Shown here one piece after another: positions 62,213 through 64,000 of a stretch of 64,000 nt of DNA. Origin of the DNA: Azolla caroliniana (Eukaryota > Plantae > Polypodiophyta). How positions within the stretch are numbered: position 1 is the stretch's first letter; each line of letters starts with the position of its first letter. A program made the position numbers and the translations under genes. The stretch covers positions 13,888,001 through 13,952,000 of the forward strand of contig JBHGNT010000004.1 of the NCBI GenBank assembly GCA_043228905.1, written 5' to 3'. The notes beneath the pieces are model-generated. The model did no database searches, had not been told where the DNA came from, and saw nothing but the letters and a program-made list of their open reading frames with translations.

Positions 62213-63815
62213 CATATCTGTCTTTCATCTTCTCGTCTATCTTTAGTACTAATTCTACTTGCCTCTAGTACTATCCCTAACAGTTTGAACCGAATTTCCC
62301 ATCTTCATATCCATCATTCCCTTCATACAAATCTTCTTATCCTTTCTTCCCCCAATACTAAGGCAACTATTAGCGCTCAAGAATACCAATCTGTCTTCTC
62401 AGAGCTATAGTGCTTGAAAGAAAAGTTTGTAGCGCTAGAACAAGAAAATCTACAGTTGTTGGGGGAACTTCAACAAATCTCTCTAGAGAAGCAGCAAACG
62501 CAACAACAACATGGAGAGTTGGCGTTATGTGTGCAACAACTTGAAGCAACCATTGTGTCATTACAACAAGGACCAAGTACTCAAGGAATTCAGAAAGAAC
62601 CCAAGATTGGTCTTCCTACAAAATTCAATGGAACGTGATTCAAATTCAGTGGATTCCTTAATCAAGTACGTCTTTGTGATTCAAATGCATCCTTCCCGAT
62701 ATCCCACCGACGCATCATGAGTGGGACTAATAGGCACGTTGCTTAGTGGCACAGCTTTGGCATGGTTCGCTCCTTTGTTAGAACAAGGATCTCCATTGTT
62801 AAATAATTTTGAGGAGTTTATTAGCGAGTTTAAAGCTTGTTTCGGGGAGACCAATAGAATTAGGACGGCAATCAATAAAATCTGAAGATTGCAGCAAGGT
62901 CATCCTCCAGCCTCCGCTTATGTTGCCAATTTCCCTCTACTCGTCGCCAATATTCCCTGGGATGACCTAGCATTGATGGACCAGTTTCAATATGGCCTAC
63001 GAAATGATATCAAAGATTTACTACTGACTTTCCTGAAAGAACCAAAGTCATTCACAGAGGCAATCAAGCGAGAGGTATGTTGCAATAACAGACTTTTCGA
63101 ACGACGTTCAAAACGCAGTTACAAATGCCAAGAACAAGGTCGGCGCCCACATATGCCTCAGTTGTAGCAAAACCTTTTGCAAGGGAGTCATATAATGCGT
63201 CTCTAGCAAATACTCCAACTCTGATTGAAATTGACACCACACGTCATCACGGACCATTATCGGAAGAGGAAAAGCAGTGACGCCGAACAAATCAACTATG
63301 TCTTTATTGGGGTGGACTGGGGCATATTGCAATGAACTGTCCGCATAGCCCAAGAAGACAGGTAAATCAAATAGCCGCTAGTACTAATAGTACTAAAGCT
63401 GAGTCTTTTCCATTAGGAGTGTCTGATAGTCCTAATAGCCGAAGCCTATCAAACAAATTCGAAGTCCTTAGTCAACTAGAAGAAGAGTTAAACGACTATG
63501 TCCAACCAAAATAGGAGCCATTTGGTTGGATAGCCCTAGATCTGTGCAGCCTATTAGTGGTTCCATTCCCTCTAAGCAAGCTAGCAATGTCTTCCTAGCT
63601 CAAGTAACAATTAGTACTAAAAGTAACCCTCCAATATATATCTTAGTACTCCTAGATTCTTGAGCCAATTCTTGCTTCGTGGATAAGAATTTCGCCCAAG
63701 CTCATCAAATATCCCTAAGAAAACTCCTTTGCCCAGCTTTTGTAGTAGTCATTGATGGTCGCCCCATTGCTTCGGGAAATATTATAGAAGAATCAGAGCT
63801 TATTAGTGTTGTCCT
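62213..63815 (+). mobile_element. Tcn1-like element C, 5' fragment (LTR end at 62282, PBS-like site, gag, PR)
   Basis: CCCTAACA is followed by GTTTGAACCGAATT. Peptides EPKIGLPTKFNG, ALAWFAPLLE, degenerate CCHC and VIDGRPIASG. Confidence 0.85.
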
Positions 63816-64000
63816 AAAAGTTCAATCCGAATCATTATATTTCTAGATTTTCTTTCCCAAACAAAGTAGTTTGGTAGTTTGATATATTCCAGTTATTTGA
63901 TCATAGAAATGCCCAGATGGACCCTCAACGGGGGTTAGTTTTATACATAATTAGGCATGTGTGGTATCATTTAATATAATTAGTAGTCTAGAGCATCCAA

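Noticed and set aside
63816-64000. Unassigned AT-rich end of the window
   Set aside because: Too short to classify. It is probably the start of another repeat.

Overview
This is a plant heterochromatin-type window, probably from a non-seed plant such as a bryophyte, lycophyte or fern (inferred only from the TE lineages). It has no recognisable host gene and consists almost entirely of nested LTR retrotransposons: six Bryco/RLC5-like Copia copies, one Tork/Tnt1-like Copia plus a related solo LTR, three Tcn1-like chromoviruses, one near-intact Met-primed chromovirus and two Trp-primed Phygy-like Gypsy elements. LTR ends, PBS, PPT and TSDs resolve up to six levels of nesting. The most striking unexplained pattern is that four different Gypsy LTR families from two lineages each carry tRNA-like Pol III modules. 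These have an A-box and B-box at the canonical 43-44 nt start-to-start spacing, lie in U3, and are always antisense to the element, pointing out of its 5' edge. The Tcn1-like LTRs combine this module with heat-shock-element arrays and a Tf1-like self-priming site. Lineage names are judged by eye from motifs and need profile-based confirmation.
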